Below are positions 10,930 to 21,466 of a stretch of 64,000 nt of DNA, in pieces. The stretch's first letter is position 1, and each line of letters opens with the position of its first letter. Source of the stretch: Escherichia coli (GTDB taxonomy: Bacteria > Pseudomonadota > Gammaproteobacteria > Enterobacterales > Enterobacteriaceae); the NCBI RefSeq assembly GCF_003991155.1, contig NZ_CP031293.1; one strand, given 5' to 3'. Under the pieces are notes generated by a model. The model was given only the letters and a program-made list of their open reading frames with translations. It was not told the origin of the DNA and did no database searches. The position numbers and the translations under genes are program-made.

Positions 10930-11646
10930 ATGAAAAAGGCTAAAATACTTTCTGGCGTATTATTACTGTGCTTTTCGTCACCATTAATTTCTCAGGCTGC
11001 GACACTGGACGTACGTGGTGGATATCGTAGCGGAAGCCATGCCTATGAGACTCGACTCAAAGTCAGTGAGGGATGGCAAAATGGATGGTGGGCAAGCATG
11101 GAAAGTAATACCTGGAATACCATTCATGATAATAAAAAGGAAAATGCCGCACTCAATGATGTTCAGGTTGAAGTTAATTACGCGATTAAACTTGATGATC
11201 AATGGACGGTGCGCCCGGGAATGTTAACGCATTTTAGCAGCAACGGCACACGCTACGGACCCTACGTAAAACTGTCCTGGGACGCGACAAAAGATCTTAA
11301 TTTTGGCATTCGCTATCGTTACGACTGGAAAGCTTACCGACAACAAGACTTATCCGGTGATATGTCTCGTGATAACGTTCATCGTTGGGATGGATATGTC
11401 ACTTACCATATTAATAGTGATTTCACCTTCGCATGGCAAACGACGCTATACAGCAAACAGAACGATTATCGCTATGCAAACCATAAGAAATGGGCGACGG
11501 AAAATGCATTTGTTCTACAATACCATATGACGCCCGATATTACGCCATACATAGAATATGACTACCTTGACCGCCAGGGTGTTTACAACGGCAGAGATAA
11601 TTTATCGGAAAACAGTTATCGCATTGGTGTGTCATTTAAACTGTAG
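10930..11646 (+). CDS. nanC: N-acetylneuraminic acid outer-membrane channel NanC
   Basis: ORF 10921..11646; signal peptide then beta-barrel-like sequence ending ...YRIGVSFKL; synteny with nanM/nanS. Confidence 0.9.
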   Translation: MKKAKILSGVLLLCFSSPLISQAATLDVRGGYRSGSHAYETRLKVSEGWQNGWWASMESNTWNTIHDNKKENAALNDVQVEVNYAIKLDDQWTVRPGMLTHFSSNGTRYGPYVKLSWDATKDLNFGIRYRYDWKAYRQQDLSGDMSRDNVHRWDGYVTYHINSDFTFAWQTTLYSKQNDYRYANHKKWATENAFVLQYHMTPDITPYIEYDYLDRQGVYNGRDNLSENSYRIGVSFKL

Positions 11647-11665
11647 TAGACAGGAGACAGTCACA

Positions 11666-12772
11666 ATGAATAAAACAATAATGGCGCTTGCTATCATGAT
11701 GGCTTCATTTGCCGCAAACGCGTCTGTATTACCGGAAACTCCTGTGCCATTTAAAAGTGGTACCGGAGCAATTGATAACGACACTGTCTACATTGGTTTA
11801 GGTAGCGCAGGTACAGCATGGTACAAGCTGGATACACAGGCCAAAGATAAAAAATGGACAGCGTTAGCTGCATTCCCTGGTGAACCGAGAGATCAAGCAA
11901 CCTCGGCATTTATTGATGGCAATCTGTATGTGTTTGGCGGCATTGGCAAAAACAGCGAGGGCTTGACTCAGGTATTTAATGACGTACACAAATACAACCC
12001 CAAAACCAATAGCTGGGTTAAATTGATGTCGCACGCGCCGATGGGCATGGCGGGTCATGTGACTTTTGTACACAACGGCAAGGCTTATGTTACTGGCGGT
12101 GTTAACCAGAATATCTTCAATGGCTATTTTGAAGATCTCAACGAAGCTGGAAAAGATTCAACCGCTATAGATAAAATCAACGCCCACTATTTTGACAAAA
12201 AAGCAGAAGATTATTTCTTCAATAAGTTTCTGTTGTCTTTTGATCCCTCAACACAGCAATGGAGTTACGCTGGCGAATCTCCCTGGTACGGGACGGCTGG
12301 TGCGGCGGTTGTGAATAAGGGTGATAAAACCTGGCTTATTAATGGCGAAGCCAAACCAGGATTGCGAACGGATGCCGTATTTGAACTTGATTTCACCGGT
12401 AATAATTTAAAATGGAATAAGCTTGCTCCCGTCGCATCACCAGATGGCGTCGCTGGCGGTTTTGCAGGCATGAGCAATGACTCACTTATATTTGCCGGAG
12501 GAGCTGGATTCAAAGGTTCACGAGAAAATTACCAGAACGGTAAGAACTATGCGCATGAAGGCCTGAAAAAATCATATAGCGCTGATATTCATCTTTGGCA
12601 TAACGGGAAATGGGATAAATCGGGCGAATTATCGCAAGGTCGGGCCTACGGAGTATCATTGCCCTGGAATAATAGTCTATTGATTATTGGCGGTGAAACT
12701 GCGGGTGGCAAAGCGGTGACGGATTCAGTTTTAATTTCTGTGAAGGATAATAAAGTCACAGTACAAAACTAA
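11666..12772 (+). CDS. nanM: N-acetylneuraminate mutarotase NanM (kelch-repeat, periplasmic)
   Basis: Start chosen at ATG 11666 preceded by AGGAGA; signal peptide MNKTIMALAIMMASFAANA; repeated GG-containing kelch blades. Confidence 0.9.
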   Translation: MNKTIMALAIMMASFAANASVLPETPVPFKSGTGAIDNDTVYIGLGSAGTAWYKLDTQAKDKKWTALAAFPGEPRDQATSAFIDGNLYVFGGIGKNSEGLTQVFNDVHKYNPKTNSWVKLMSHAPMGMAGHVTFVHNGKAYVTGGVNQNIFNGYFEDLNEAGKDSTAIDKINAHYFDKKAEDYFFNKFLLSFDPSTQQWSYAGESPWYGTAGAAVVNKGDKTWLINGEAKPGLRTDAVFELDFTGNNLKWNKLAPVASPDGVAGGFAGMSNDSLIFAGGAGFKGSRENYQNGKNYAHEGLKKSYSADIHLWHNGKWDKSGELSQGRAYGVSLPWNNSLLIIGGETAGGKAVTDSVLISVKDNKVTVQN

Positions 12773-12836
12773 CGCTTCAGGGCCCCGGTAAAGGGGCCCT
12801 GCTATCAATTTGTCATTTGTATTACGCGAAAATTAT

Positions 12837-13823
12837 ATGAACGCAATAATATCGCCCGATTATTACTATGTTCTTACCGTTGCTGGTCAGTCTAATGCCA
12901 TGGCGTATGGCGAAGGACTGCCATTACCGGACAGGGAAGATGCGCCTCATTCCAGAATTAAACAATTAGCGAGATTTGCGCATACGCATCCCGGAGGCCC
13001 GTCATGTCACTTTAACGACATTATTCCACTGACTCACTGCCCACACGATGTTCAGGATATGCAGGGTTATCACCATCCTCTGGCAACGAATCATCAAACA
13101 CAGTACGGCACCGTTGGCCAGGCACTGCATATAGCACGGAAATTACTGCCCTTCATTCCTGATAATGCAGGGATTCTCATCGTTCCGTGTTGCCGTGGCG
13201 GATCGGCTTTTACCGCAGGCAGCGAAGGGACATATTCAGAACGGCACGGAGCCAGCCATGATGCTTGTCGTTGGGGAACGGATACTCCGCTATACCAGGA
13301 TTTAGTCAGCAGAACGCGAGCCGCACTGGCAAAAAATCCGCAGAACAAATTCCTCGGCGTATGCTGGATGCAAGGCGAATTTGACTTAATGACCAGTGAC
13401 TACGCGTCACACCCTCAACACTTTAATCATATGGTTGAAGCCTTTCGTAGGGATCTAAAACAATACCATTCTCAGCTTAATAATATTACTGACGCACCGT
13501 GGTTTTGCGGCGATACCACCTGGTACTGGAAAGAAAAATTCCCTCATGCGTATGAAGCGATTTATGGCAATTATCAAAATAATGTTTTAGCCAATATTAT
13601 TTTCGTCGACTTCCAGCAACAAGGTGAAAGAGGACTGACGAACGCGCCTGATGAAGATCCGGACGATTTAAGCACGGGATATTACGGTTCAGCGTACCGG
13701 TCACCGGAGAACTGGACGACGGCACTGCGAAGCAGTCATTTCAGCGCGGCAGCCCGTCGGGGGATTATTTCTGACAGGTTTGTAGAAGCAATTTTGCGTT
13801 TGTCACATTTTCACAAAGAATAG
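12837..13823 (+). CDS. nanS: 9-O-acetyl-N-acetylneuraminate esterase NanS
   Basis: ORF 12810..13823 trimmed to MNAIISPDYYYVLTVAGQSNAMAYGEG (SGNH-type GQSN motif); synteny. Confidence 0.85.
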   Translation: MNAIISPDYYYVLTVAGQSNAMAYGEGLPLPDREDAPHSRIKQLARFAHTHPGGPSCHFNDIIPLTHCPHDVQDMQGYHHPLATNHQTQYGTVGQALHIARKLLPFIPDNAGILIVPCCRGGSAFTAGSEGTYSERHGASHDACRWGTDTPLYQDLVSRTRAALAKNPQNKFLGVCWMQGEFDLMTSDYASHPQHFNHMVEAFRRDLKQYHSQLNNITDAPWFCGDTTWYWKEKFPHAYEAIYGNYQNNVLANIIFVDFQQQGERGLTNAPDEDPDDLSTGYYGSAYRSPENWTTALRSSHFSAAARRGIISDRFVEAILRLSHFHKE

Positions 13824-13844
13824 TACACGCTATTCCTTGTGCAA

Positions 13845-14567
13845 TCAGGCCAACTCGCAATAAAGGCAGCAACTATGCTTGAAGCCCCTTCCCCGCCGGA
13901 TAAATAATATCCTTACGGCAATTGGTAACCGTATAAAAGGCCTGATGTTTTGAACTGCCGTTGACGGAGATGAAGTAATCTGCTTTTTTGGCAGCATCCA
14001 ATAACGCATCAATGGCAACGCGATCATTGTTGAGCTCAATTCATAGCGCTGGATACAATTTCAATAAGGCGTCTTTACCACGTTGCGTGGCATTTTTGTA
14101 ATACTGTAAAACACCCGCTTTTTCCCGCGGAGATTCCGATACAACGGAGACGTTACGCTTGCTGGTATGGTTTCTGTCGGGAGGGTACTACCGATATCCT
14201 TACAAGCGTAGAGCTGTTCCATCATGCGTGCCAACAACAACATACGGATATCCAACCGTTCCCAGCGACGTAGGAACATCTCGCGAATGTTAATCCAGTA
14301 CTGTAGTCGGCGATCGCTATCACCAGATTCACAATCATAAAGAACCTCTGCAATATCAAGAGTATACTTGAGAATTTATGTCGATTCATTTTTCGTGCAC
14401 AACATTTCGATAGCTTCGAGGGCATCATGGTATTCTTTGTGACTGAAGGTCCATGAAAGTAACGTATCGAGAATAATCCCTGTAGTTGCCAAAATGAGTT
14501 GATCACTACACAATGATTTGTTTGTACAGAAGGAACGATTATTATATGTTCTTGTAGGGCAGAGCAC
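13845..14567 (-). pseudogene. stop/frameshift-interrupted remnant of an unidentified gene (four short minus-strand ORFs in different frames)
   Basis: Consecutive 63-94-aa minus-strand ORFs that overlap or abut in shifting frames; no intact start/RBS context; lies at the left edge of the island. Confidence 0.35.
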
Positions 14568-14684
14568 GTTGCTACCGTAACAGCGTTGAAGATAATTTGG
14601 CCGAGACTGTAGTGGCCCAGTTTAAAAGGTAGCAGAATTTTAAAAGTGTCAGGTGCATAGAATTAAAAAAATGGAACTATAAAA

Positions 14685-16418
14685 ATGGAAATCATATTAC
14701 CAAAAAACACCTTATATGACAGAGAGCAAAATGTCTTTTTTGAAAAGGTTACGGCCTTAATTGGCGAAAATGGTGCTGGTAAGTCCTCGATTTTACAATC
14801 CGTATTTATTAACTGTTTAACAAAAAAATATCTACCAGAAACAAAGGTTGTTTGTTTTTCTTCTGGACAAAATGAGAAATACTCAACGTACTTCTCTGAT
14901 TATCTTTCTCATGAAAGGCAAGCAAATAGAGGTCTTAACTTAGATTGTTGTTATTACGATAAATCATGGTCAAAGTTACTAATATTCATATCCACAATTT
15001 GTAAATCAAATGGTCTTGTTAGAAATTTTTTATGTGAGAAAGGCTATATTGATGTATCAGATGATAAAAATGATGATATATCAAGCAAGCTTACATTGAC
15101 GGTCCGAGTAAATTCGGCTTACGTTAATCGAGTAAAAATGGCATTAGCACAAGAAGAACAAGGTATTGAAAATACTTTAAGGTATTCAGCTTATCATAGG
15201 ACTTTAGAAAGTTTCATTAATAATATTGTTAATGCTGATTATGATTTCGAGTCTCCACTTGAAGCTCAAGAGATCTTGCTAACTCATTCAAATTTTTTCA
15301 ATCCATCATTTGAGGAAGCAGAAGATTCCTTTTTTGATCCTATCATAACATTTTTCACTCAAGCAGCAGATAATGATTACTTTATAATAAAACCATCATT
15401 ACAGCTAGAGTTTAAAAATAATATCGAACTGAATGATATTAGTGATGGGGAATATCAAGTACTCTTTTTATACTCTCTGCTTGATATTTTTGATAGTCCT
15501 AATACTTTATTCTTATTAGATGAGATAGATTCCCATTTACATTACAAGAATATTGAGCTCTTATGGCATCGACTACATAGTATTAATGGTTATGCGATAA
15601 CAACCACCCATCTATTAGACTCAATTACAGCTACTGATAATGATTTTAAAAACTTAAAGATTGTTGATAAAGGAAAAATAAAAGAAGATGATAAAATAAA
15701 AACTATAATAGAACGTTTATCTGTCTTGACAAGAATATCAGACGTACAGTTCGAAGTGTGTCGTAAACTAGAAAACATAGTATTGATGGATGATTATAAT
15801 GATTGGACTATTTTTTATGCCTTAGCAAAGAAAAAAGGACTTGATGTATCAAAGTTAGATGGCCTCCATGCAATAAAACAGTCCTCTGGTTACGATAATT
15901 TAAATCAAGAGTTCGCAAAACCAAAAATAGAGTGGATTAATTCGCTTTTAAATGTAAATACTGATAAAAAAGTCAAAAGAATATTCATGATCTGCGACAA
16001 AGATGAGGCTCCAATTACCTATCAGAAAGATGGAGTTCAAGTCAATGGAAGTGAATATTCAAAACATATAGCGAAGTTAGAAAATAAAAACAAAAATAAA
16101 ATATATCTCCTTGCATGGAAAAGAAGAGAAATAAAAAACTACTTACTATCTTATACGGCATTGTCCCATCATGGATTTATCGAGCAAATAAACAATGGAG
16201 ATCTGCCAGCTAACAGTTATTTAAAAGAAAACGATCCTGGAGATAATTCAGCAATTAGCCGGCTTAACGTAAAACATTGCATCACAAAAATAATTGATTC
16301 TGATGGTATAGGATTAGATATATCAAAACTTTACTCATATATAGAACTTATACCACCTGCTGAGATCAGTGAAGATATAGTGAACATGTACAATTTTTTG
16401 GTGGAGAAATTAAAATGA
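14685..16418 (+). CDS. ABC-type (OLD/AAA_21-like) P-loop ATPase, 577 aa, with possible C-terminal TOPRIM/DUF4435-like nuclease region
   Basis: Walker A LIGENGAGKSS, signature-like ISDGEYQ, Walker B LFLLDEIDSHLH; C-terminal acidic motifs FMICDKDE and WKRREIKNYLL; very AT-rich; stop overlaps next gene start (ATGA at 16415-16418). Confidence 0.7.
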   Translation: MEIILPKNTLYDREQNVFFEKVTALIGENGAGKSSILQSVFINCLTKKYLPETKVVCFSSGQNEKYSTYFSDYLSHERQANRGLNLDCCYYDKSWSKLLIFISTICKSNGLVRNFLCEKGYIDVSDDKNDDISSKLTLTVRVNSAYVNRVKMALAQEEQGIENTLRYSAYHRTLESFINNIVNADYDFESPLEAQEILLTHSNFFNPSFEEAEDSFFDPIITFFTQAADNDYFIIKPSLQLEFKNNIELNDISDGEYQVLFLYSLLDIFDSPNTLFLLDEIDSHLHYKNIELLWHRLHSINGYAITTTHLLDSITATDNDFKNLKIVDKGKIKEDDKIKTIIERLSVLTRISDVQFEVCRKLENIVLMDDYNDWTIFYALAKKKGLDVSKLDGLHAIKQSSGYDNLNQEFAKPKIEWINSLLNVNTDKKVKRIFMICDKDEAPITYQKDGVQVNGSEYSKHIAKLENKNKNKIYLLAWKRREIKNYLLSYTALSHHGFIEQINNGDLPANSYLKENDPGDNSAISRLNVKHCITKIIDSDGIGLDISKLYSYIELIPPAEISEDIVNMYNFLVEKLK

Positions 16419-18322
16419 ACACCTCTTTATTTGAAGATCTACTTACACTAATCAAGAAAAAGAGTTCGATAAGGAATACAGAACAAGCAGTAGAGTTAAT
16501 TTCATTATTTATTTTTTTACATTATATAAAATTATATCTTTATGAAAATGATAAAAGATTTTCAGATATAAAAAACATATCAAGCAACAACATTAATGAA
16601 ATTAAATATTATTATCAGCAACTATATGAAAGTTTTATTTTCTCGATAGATATAAAAAATATAAACCACGACATGCTTGAAAAGCTCAGGAGTAAGATAG
16701 GTTTTTTAATTAATAACATCAATGACCATGAAATAATTAAATATATAGATTATTCTATTTCGCAGATACATTCACTTACAGAATTCTATCAATATGCAAA
16801 TTCTTATCAATCTTTAATTCTTAGGATGGTTAATGAATCGGGTCGTTCAGGTGAATATGTTACTCCATCTGCTTTAGTTCAGCTCATGGTTGAAATGTTA
16901 TCACCTACAGATGGCACATCAATCTACGACCCCGCATGTGGAACTGGGGGTTTATTAATAGAGTCAGCACGATATATTAAAGGCAACAGTTTAAACAAAA
17001 ACTTAAATTTAAATTATTCCCTTATTGGTAATGACACATCATCATTTGCCTGTCTAATCTCAATTGTTAACCTTTTAATCAATAAAGAATTTAATTTTGA
17101 AATAATACTAAAAGATAGCTTAGATATAAATTATAAGAATACAAAATATGACTTTATTTTAACTAACCCACCATTTGGGAAAAAGAGCGGTTGGGATAAT
17201 ATTCATATTGACACACATTATAAAGGACCTAATCTAGACTATTACTTCCTGGAGCATGTTATTGACTCTCTCGCTGTTAATGGCAAAGCAGCCATAATAT
17301 TACCAGAGCGTTTTTTATATGATGTGAGTAAAGAGTGCATCACTCTTAAAGATAAGATCTTCCAAAATTATAATTTAGATTGTATTTTATCTATACCGTC
17401 AGGTGCATTGCTTCCTTACACTGCAGTAAAATTATGTATTCTTTTTATAAGTAATCCTGGCCCAACAGATAGAATATTTTTCTACAATTTAAATAATGGT
17501 GAAAAATACTCACGTACAAATATTATAAAATTCGATGATTTTATAGATTTTTTAGAGTCAGCAAAAAATAGAACAATAACTGAACACTCCTGGATTATCA
17601 ATATTAGTGATACACCTTCATCTTATAACTTACTCTTAAAAGATAAAGAGCGAAACTCATATGAGTTTCTTAGTGATTCTATAGTTAACATTGAACAGAC
17701 AATACGTAATAATGAATTATTACTAACAGAGTTGTCTTTATTAAGAGAAAAAATAGCAATCTTAGAGTCAACAATAAAAAATCATTCGCATGAATATGAA
17801 TTTGAGAGACTTAAAGTTGGAAATATTGCAATAGTAAAATCCGGAAATTTATTACAAAAAAACAGGCTGTTACCCACTGGACCAATTCCTGTATACGGTG
17901 GAAATGGAGTTATTGGATATAACAATGAGGCAATGGTAAATGGTGAAAATATTATTATTGGTAAGGTCGGAGCTCTTTGCGGAAACGTTCGGTATGTTCA
18001 AGGTGATATTTGGGTGACAAATAACTCATTAATTATTAAGAATTATTTACCAAATAAAGTTTTAACACCCTACCTTGCAAAGTTATTATCTACTTTAAAC
18101 TTAAGAAAGCTCGCCGTTGGTACCGCTCAACAATATTTAACCACAACACAAATAAAAAATGTAGAAATTAGCATTCCACCTTTAACGACCCAGCATAAAT
18201 TAAATATGTGGCTTGATGAGTTAGATAATACCCTTGAACAATATAATAAGCTCATTGAAAAAATAATGAATGATAAGCGAGAACTTAAAGAGAATTTGTA
18301 TAAAGGTCTTTTAATAGAATAG
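16415..18322 (+). CDS. N6-adenine DNA methyltransferase (HsdM-like) fused to a single type I specificity (HsdS-like) target-recognition domain, 635 aa
   Basis: Motif I YDPACGTGGLL and motif IV LTNPPFGKK; C-terminal ~180 aa resemble an HsdS TRD plus conserved helix (...GKVGALCGNVRYVQGDIWVTNNSLIIK...); translationally coupled to the upstream ATPase. Confidence 0.75.
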   Translation: MNTSLFEDLLTLIKKKSSIRNTEQAVELISLFIFLHYIKLYLYENDKRFSDIKNISSNNINEIKYYYQQLYESFIFSIDIKNINHDMLEKLRSKIGFLINNINDHEIIKYIDYSISQIHSLTEFYQYANSYQSLILRMVNESGRSGEYVTPSALVQLMVEMLSPTDGTSIYDPACGTGGLLIESARYIKGNSLNKNLNLNYSLIGNDTSSFACLISIVNLLINKEFNFEIILKDSLDINYKNTKYDFILTNPPFGKKSGWDNIHIDTHYKGPNLDYYFLEHVIDSLAVNGKAAIILPERFLYDVSKECITLKDKIFQNYNLDCILSIPSGALLPYTAVKLCILFISNPGPTDRIFFYNLNNGEKYSRTNIIKFDDFIDFLESAKNRTITEHSWIINISDTPSSYNLLLKDKERNSYEFLSDSIVNIEQTIRNNELLLTELSLLREKIAILESTIKNHSHEYEFERLKVGNIAIVKSGNLLQKNRLLPTGPIPVYGGNGVIGYNNEAMVNGENIIIGKVGALCGNVRYVQGDIWVTNNSLIIKNYLPNKVLTPYLAKLLSTLNLRKLAVGTAQQYLTTTQIKNVEISIPPLTTQHKLNMWLDELDNTLEQYNKLIEKIMNDKRELKENLYKGLLIE

Positions 18323-18330
18323 ATCACAAT

Positions 18331-18357
18331 AGCAGGGTGTCCATAAAACACCCTGCT
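18331..18357. terminator. hairpin between convergent genes (AGCAGGGTG-loop-CACCCTGCT), possible bidirectional terminator
   Basis: Perfect 9-bp stem seen in sequence between the + strand MTase gene and the - strand hsdR; no clear U-tract. Confidence 0.4.
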
Positions 18358-18402
18358 ACTGGTTGCAAGTAAGTTGCAATATCTGTACTGCTGAAGCTAC
18401 TA

Positions 18403-21400
18403 TTAATAATGCTCCTCAATATACCCATACGCCTTCTGGAACAACTCTTTATCTTTCCCTAGTCCAAACTGGGCCAAGGTCAGTAAAAGCGCCTTTTGGA
18501 TTTCGCGCGGGCCACTGTTGGAATTTTGCCAGCCATCAAAGCGGGTAGCTTTCACAATTTTATCAATTTGCTCTACAACATCACCGATTAACTTAGGGGT
18601 AGTTTCCGGACGTGTTTCGAGGAAAAGCTTAGTCAACGCCTGTTTATTATCAGCTTCAGTTACTGGGCGCTCGCCCGTTTCGCGCTCGGCTTGAACGGTA
18701 TCTTTCGCTGCATCCAACAGGCCTTTCAACCAGTCAATGGCCTTGATAACACCAGCTTCATAGTCCTGACGCAGTTTTTCAAGGCGCTCGCCCAATGCCA
18801 CAAATTTAGGATCATGACTGCCGCGCAAACGTCCCATAAGATCAATCTCCAGGCGTTTGGCACGTTGTTCCTGCTCTTTAGCGGTCAGGGTAAAAATAGC
18901 GTGCTCGTCCATAACCAACTCGTCAATATCATCGCGAATACGATTGATATCAGTATGCTCATGGATCATCTTGATTGTTTCGGGGCCAAGGGCAGCCCAA
19001 ACAAGCGCACCTGTCTGCCCTACCGGACGCACCGATTCATAAATTTGCGCCAGCCATTTATAGTCCTGACGATAAGAGGTCAAAAAAGGATCTGGGTTGA
19101 TAGCTGACCATAACTTGGATAACACACCAAAGCTGGCAGCGAATTCATCGCGTTTCTCGTTGGTCGGCAGGCATTCCTGCGCGGCCATAATACCTTCAAA
19201 ACCAGCTATGGACCGATCCACACCAGGGAAGAAGGACAAACATTTATTCAGTTGTAACGGCAATAGCTCTTTAAATGCCTCAATTCCCTCTACAACTCCT
19301 TCAATTTCTTCAGGGTTATAGGCCAGAGCGGTACGCAGATTTTCGAAAACGCCGAGGTAGTCGATAATTAATCCCATGTCCTTGCGTACAGTATCGGTTT
19401 CGTACAACCGGTTGGTTCGGCACATGGCCTGAAGAAGAGTATGATCGCGTAGAGGCTTATCGAGGTACATGCAGTAGCAAATCGGGGCATCAAAACCCGT
19501 AAGCAGCTTGGCGGTTACGATAATAAGCTGTAATGGATGTTCAGGATCTTTAAAGCATTCAATCAGATCCTTTTGCACCTGTTCTTCGGCATCAATGTGC
19601 TGCCAGCGTTCAAAATCGACTTGTTTGACTGGCAGCTCCAACTCATCATGCCATTTAAGCCAATCCTTGTTGAGCTTGTCTTTTTTGCCACCCTCTTCAA
19701 CTTTAACCGGAGCCTGGTCAACGTTCATAACCACTTCAACCGCATCAAAACCAAGCTTTTCACCGAGCAAATAATACATCTGCACACAGGCTTCGCGATC
19801 GTATACCACAACCATGCCTTTCATCTTTTTCGGCATAACATGGTTGGTAAAATGCTCAGCAATATCATTACTCACCGCAGCCATACGCCTAGGGGATTTC
19901 AGCATGATTGCCAGCTTGCCTGCACGCCTGGACAATGCTGCTTTTTCTTCTTCATCCAGGTTGTTTTCGGTAGCCAGTTGCTCGAACTCTTCATTGATGG
20001 CATCACGATCCACTCGGAGTTCAGCCAGCCGAGGTTCGAACTTCACCGGGTTAGTTGCGCCATCCCGGATCGACTGCTTATAGCTATAGCGGCTCATATA
20101 GCGACCTGGATCTTCTTCGGCACCGAACAATTTGAACGTATTACGATCAATGCCAGAAATCGGAGTACCAGTCAGGCCATAGAAGTGGGCATTGGGCAAC
20201 GCCCAGCGCATTTTCTCGCCTAATCCCCCTTCCTGTGTACGGTGAGCTTCGTCAACCAACACAATGATATTGTCCCGGTTGTTCAGGCCATTAGGGTTGC
20301 TATCGTCAATTTCGATATCTTTAAATTTAAAGATGGTGGTGATTAAAATGCCACGGCTGTCTTGTTCTATGTATTCACCCAACTTTTTGCAGCTTTGCAC
20401 TTTAATCAGATTCTTAACGTCGGCTCCGCCAAAGGTCTCGTTAATTTGGCTGTCCAGATCTCGCCGGTCCACAACGATAAGTACCGTCGGGTTTTTTAAC
20501 GCATTATCGGCACGTAGCATTTTGGCGGCGTAAAGCATCAACAAGGATTTACCCGATCCCTGGAAATGCCAAATAAGACCTTTTTTTGGATAGCCTCTGC
20601 GAACACGCTCAACAATTTGTTTTGCAGCTTCAAATTGCGGATAACGCGGCAGGATTTTAACGCGTTTAGGTGGAGTATTTTTGCCCGTTTTGACGGTTGA
20701 AAATAATGCAAAAGATTCAAGTAACTGCAATAAGGTTTGTGGATTTAACAAACTCTCACAGCTGTTGAGTACCGATGCTAATCCCGGCAGAATTTCATCA
20801 CGAAGCTCAGTATTATGCCAGGGCCCCCAGTCTTTAACTCTGGCATTAATGGCACCATAGGCAAAGGTTTTTCCTTCGCTGGCAAAGCACAGCAAGTTAG
20901 GTACAAAGAAAGATTCAACATTTTTCCAGTAGTACTTTTTGCCACCCATGAAATCGGCAGCACCGTCTTGCCAGGTCACGCTGGGGCGTGTTGCGGTTTT
21001 AACTTCGCCCACTACTAGCGGTATGCCGTTCACATAAAGAACAATATCAAAATAGACTTCAGTGGCCGCGATATAGCGAACCTGCTGCGCCACCACAAAG
21101 TGGTTGTTCTCTATATTGTCAAAATCAATCAGATTGATGGTGATATGGTCGCCATTCTTACCAAAAGGCAAGGTTTTGTCGGCCATCAACCATTCCTGGA
21201 AGTTTTCATTGGCCTTTACCAAGCCGGTATGGCGGGCTTCTAAAACCACTCCTCGCAGTTTGTAAATGACCTCATCGGCATAGTCAGGCTGTCTGCCGAT
21301 ATCAGGGTTTAACGAACAAAGCGCGTCTTTTAGCCACTCATCAACGAAGATATCCTGCGCTTGTTTAGGCAGGTTTTCACCGTGGCAGTAAGTCCACTTG

Positions 21401-21465
21401 ACTCCGCTTAAACCTTTTAAACGGTCGATAATTCCATTTTCTGTGACGGTTTGTTCGTTAAACAA
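18403..21465 (-). CDS. hsdR: type I restriction enzyme R subunit (HsdR), 1020 aa
   Basis: N-terminal PD-(D/E)xK-like DIVLYVNGIPLVVGEVK; helicase motif I HFQGSGKS and DEAH box IVLVDEAHRTQ; directly follows hsdS. Confidence 0.9.
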   Translation of the reverse strand: MFNEQTVTENGIIDRLKGLSGVKWTYCHGENLPKQAQDIFVDEWLKDALCSLNPDIGRQPDYADEVIYKLRGVVLEARHTGLVKANENFQEWLMADKTLPFGKNGDHITINLIDFDNIENNHFVVAQQVRYIAATEVYFDIVLYVNGIPLVVGEVKTATRPSVTWQDGAADFMGGKKYYWKNVESFFVPNLLCFASEGKTFAYGAINARVKDWGPWHNTELRDEILPGLASVLNSCESLLNPQTLLQLLESFALFSTVKTGKNTPPKRVKILPRYPQFEAAKQIVERVRRGYPKKGLIWHFQGSGKSLLMLYAAKMLRADNALKNPTVLIVVDRRDLDSQINETFGGADVKNLIKVQSCKKLGEYIEQDSRGILITTIFKFKDIEIDDSNPNGLNNRDNIIVLVDEAHRTQEGGLGEKMRWALPNAHFYGLTGTPISGIDRNTFKLFGAEEDPGRYMSRYSYKQSIRDGATNPVKFEPRLAELRVDRDAINEEFEQLATENNLDEEEKAALSRRAGKLAIMLKSPRRMAAVSNDIAEHFTNHVMPKKMKGMVVVYDREACVQMYYLLGEKLGFDAVEVVMNVDQAPVKVEEGGKKDKLNKDWLKWHDELELPVKQVDFERWQHIDAEEQVQKDLIECFKDPEHPLQLIIVTAKLLTGFDAPICYCMYLDKPLRDHTLLQAMCRTNRLYETDTVRKDMGLIIDYLGVFENLRTALAYNPEEIEGVVEGIEAFKELLPLQLNKCLSFFPGVDRSIAGFEGIMAAQECLPTNEKRDEFAASFGVLSKLWSAINPDPFLTSYRQDYKWLAQIYESVRPVGQTGALVWAALGPETIKMIHEHTDINRIRDDIDELVMDEHAIFTLTAKEQEQRAKRLEIDLMGRLRGSHDPKFVALGERLEKLRQDYEAGVIKAIDWLKGLLDAAKDTVQAERETGERPVTEADNKQALTKLFLETRPETTPKLIGDVVEQIDKIVKATRFDGWQNSNSGPREIQKALLLTLAQFGLGKDKELFQKAYGYIEEHY

Positions 21466-21466
21466 T

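Noticed and set aside
19537-20223. 228-aa + strand ORF antisense to hsdR (and several shorter ones)
   Set aside because: Embedded in and antisense to an intact 1020-aa HsdR with clear helicase motifs; no independent signals
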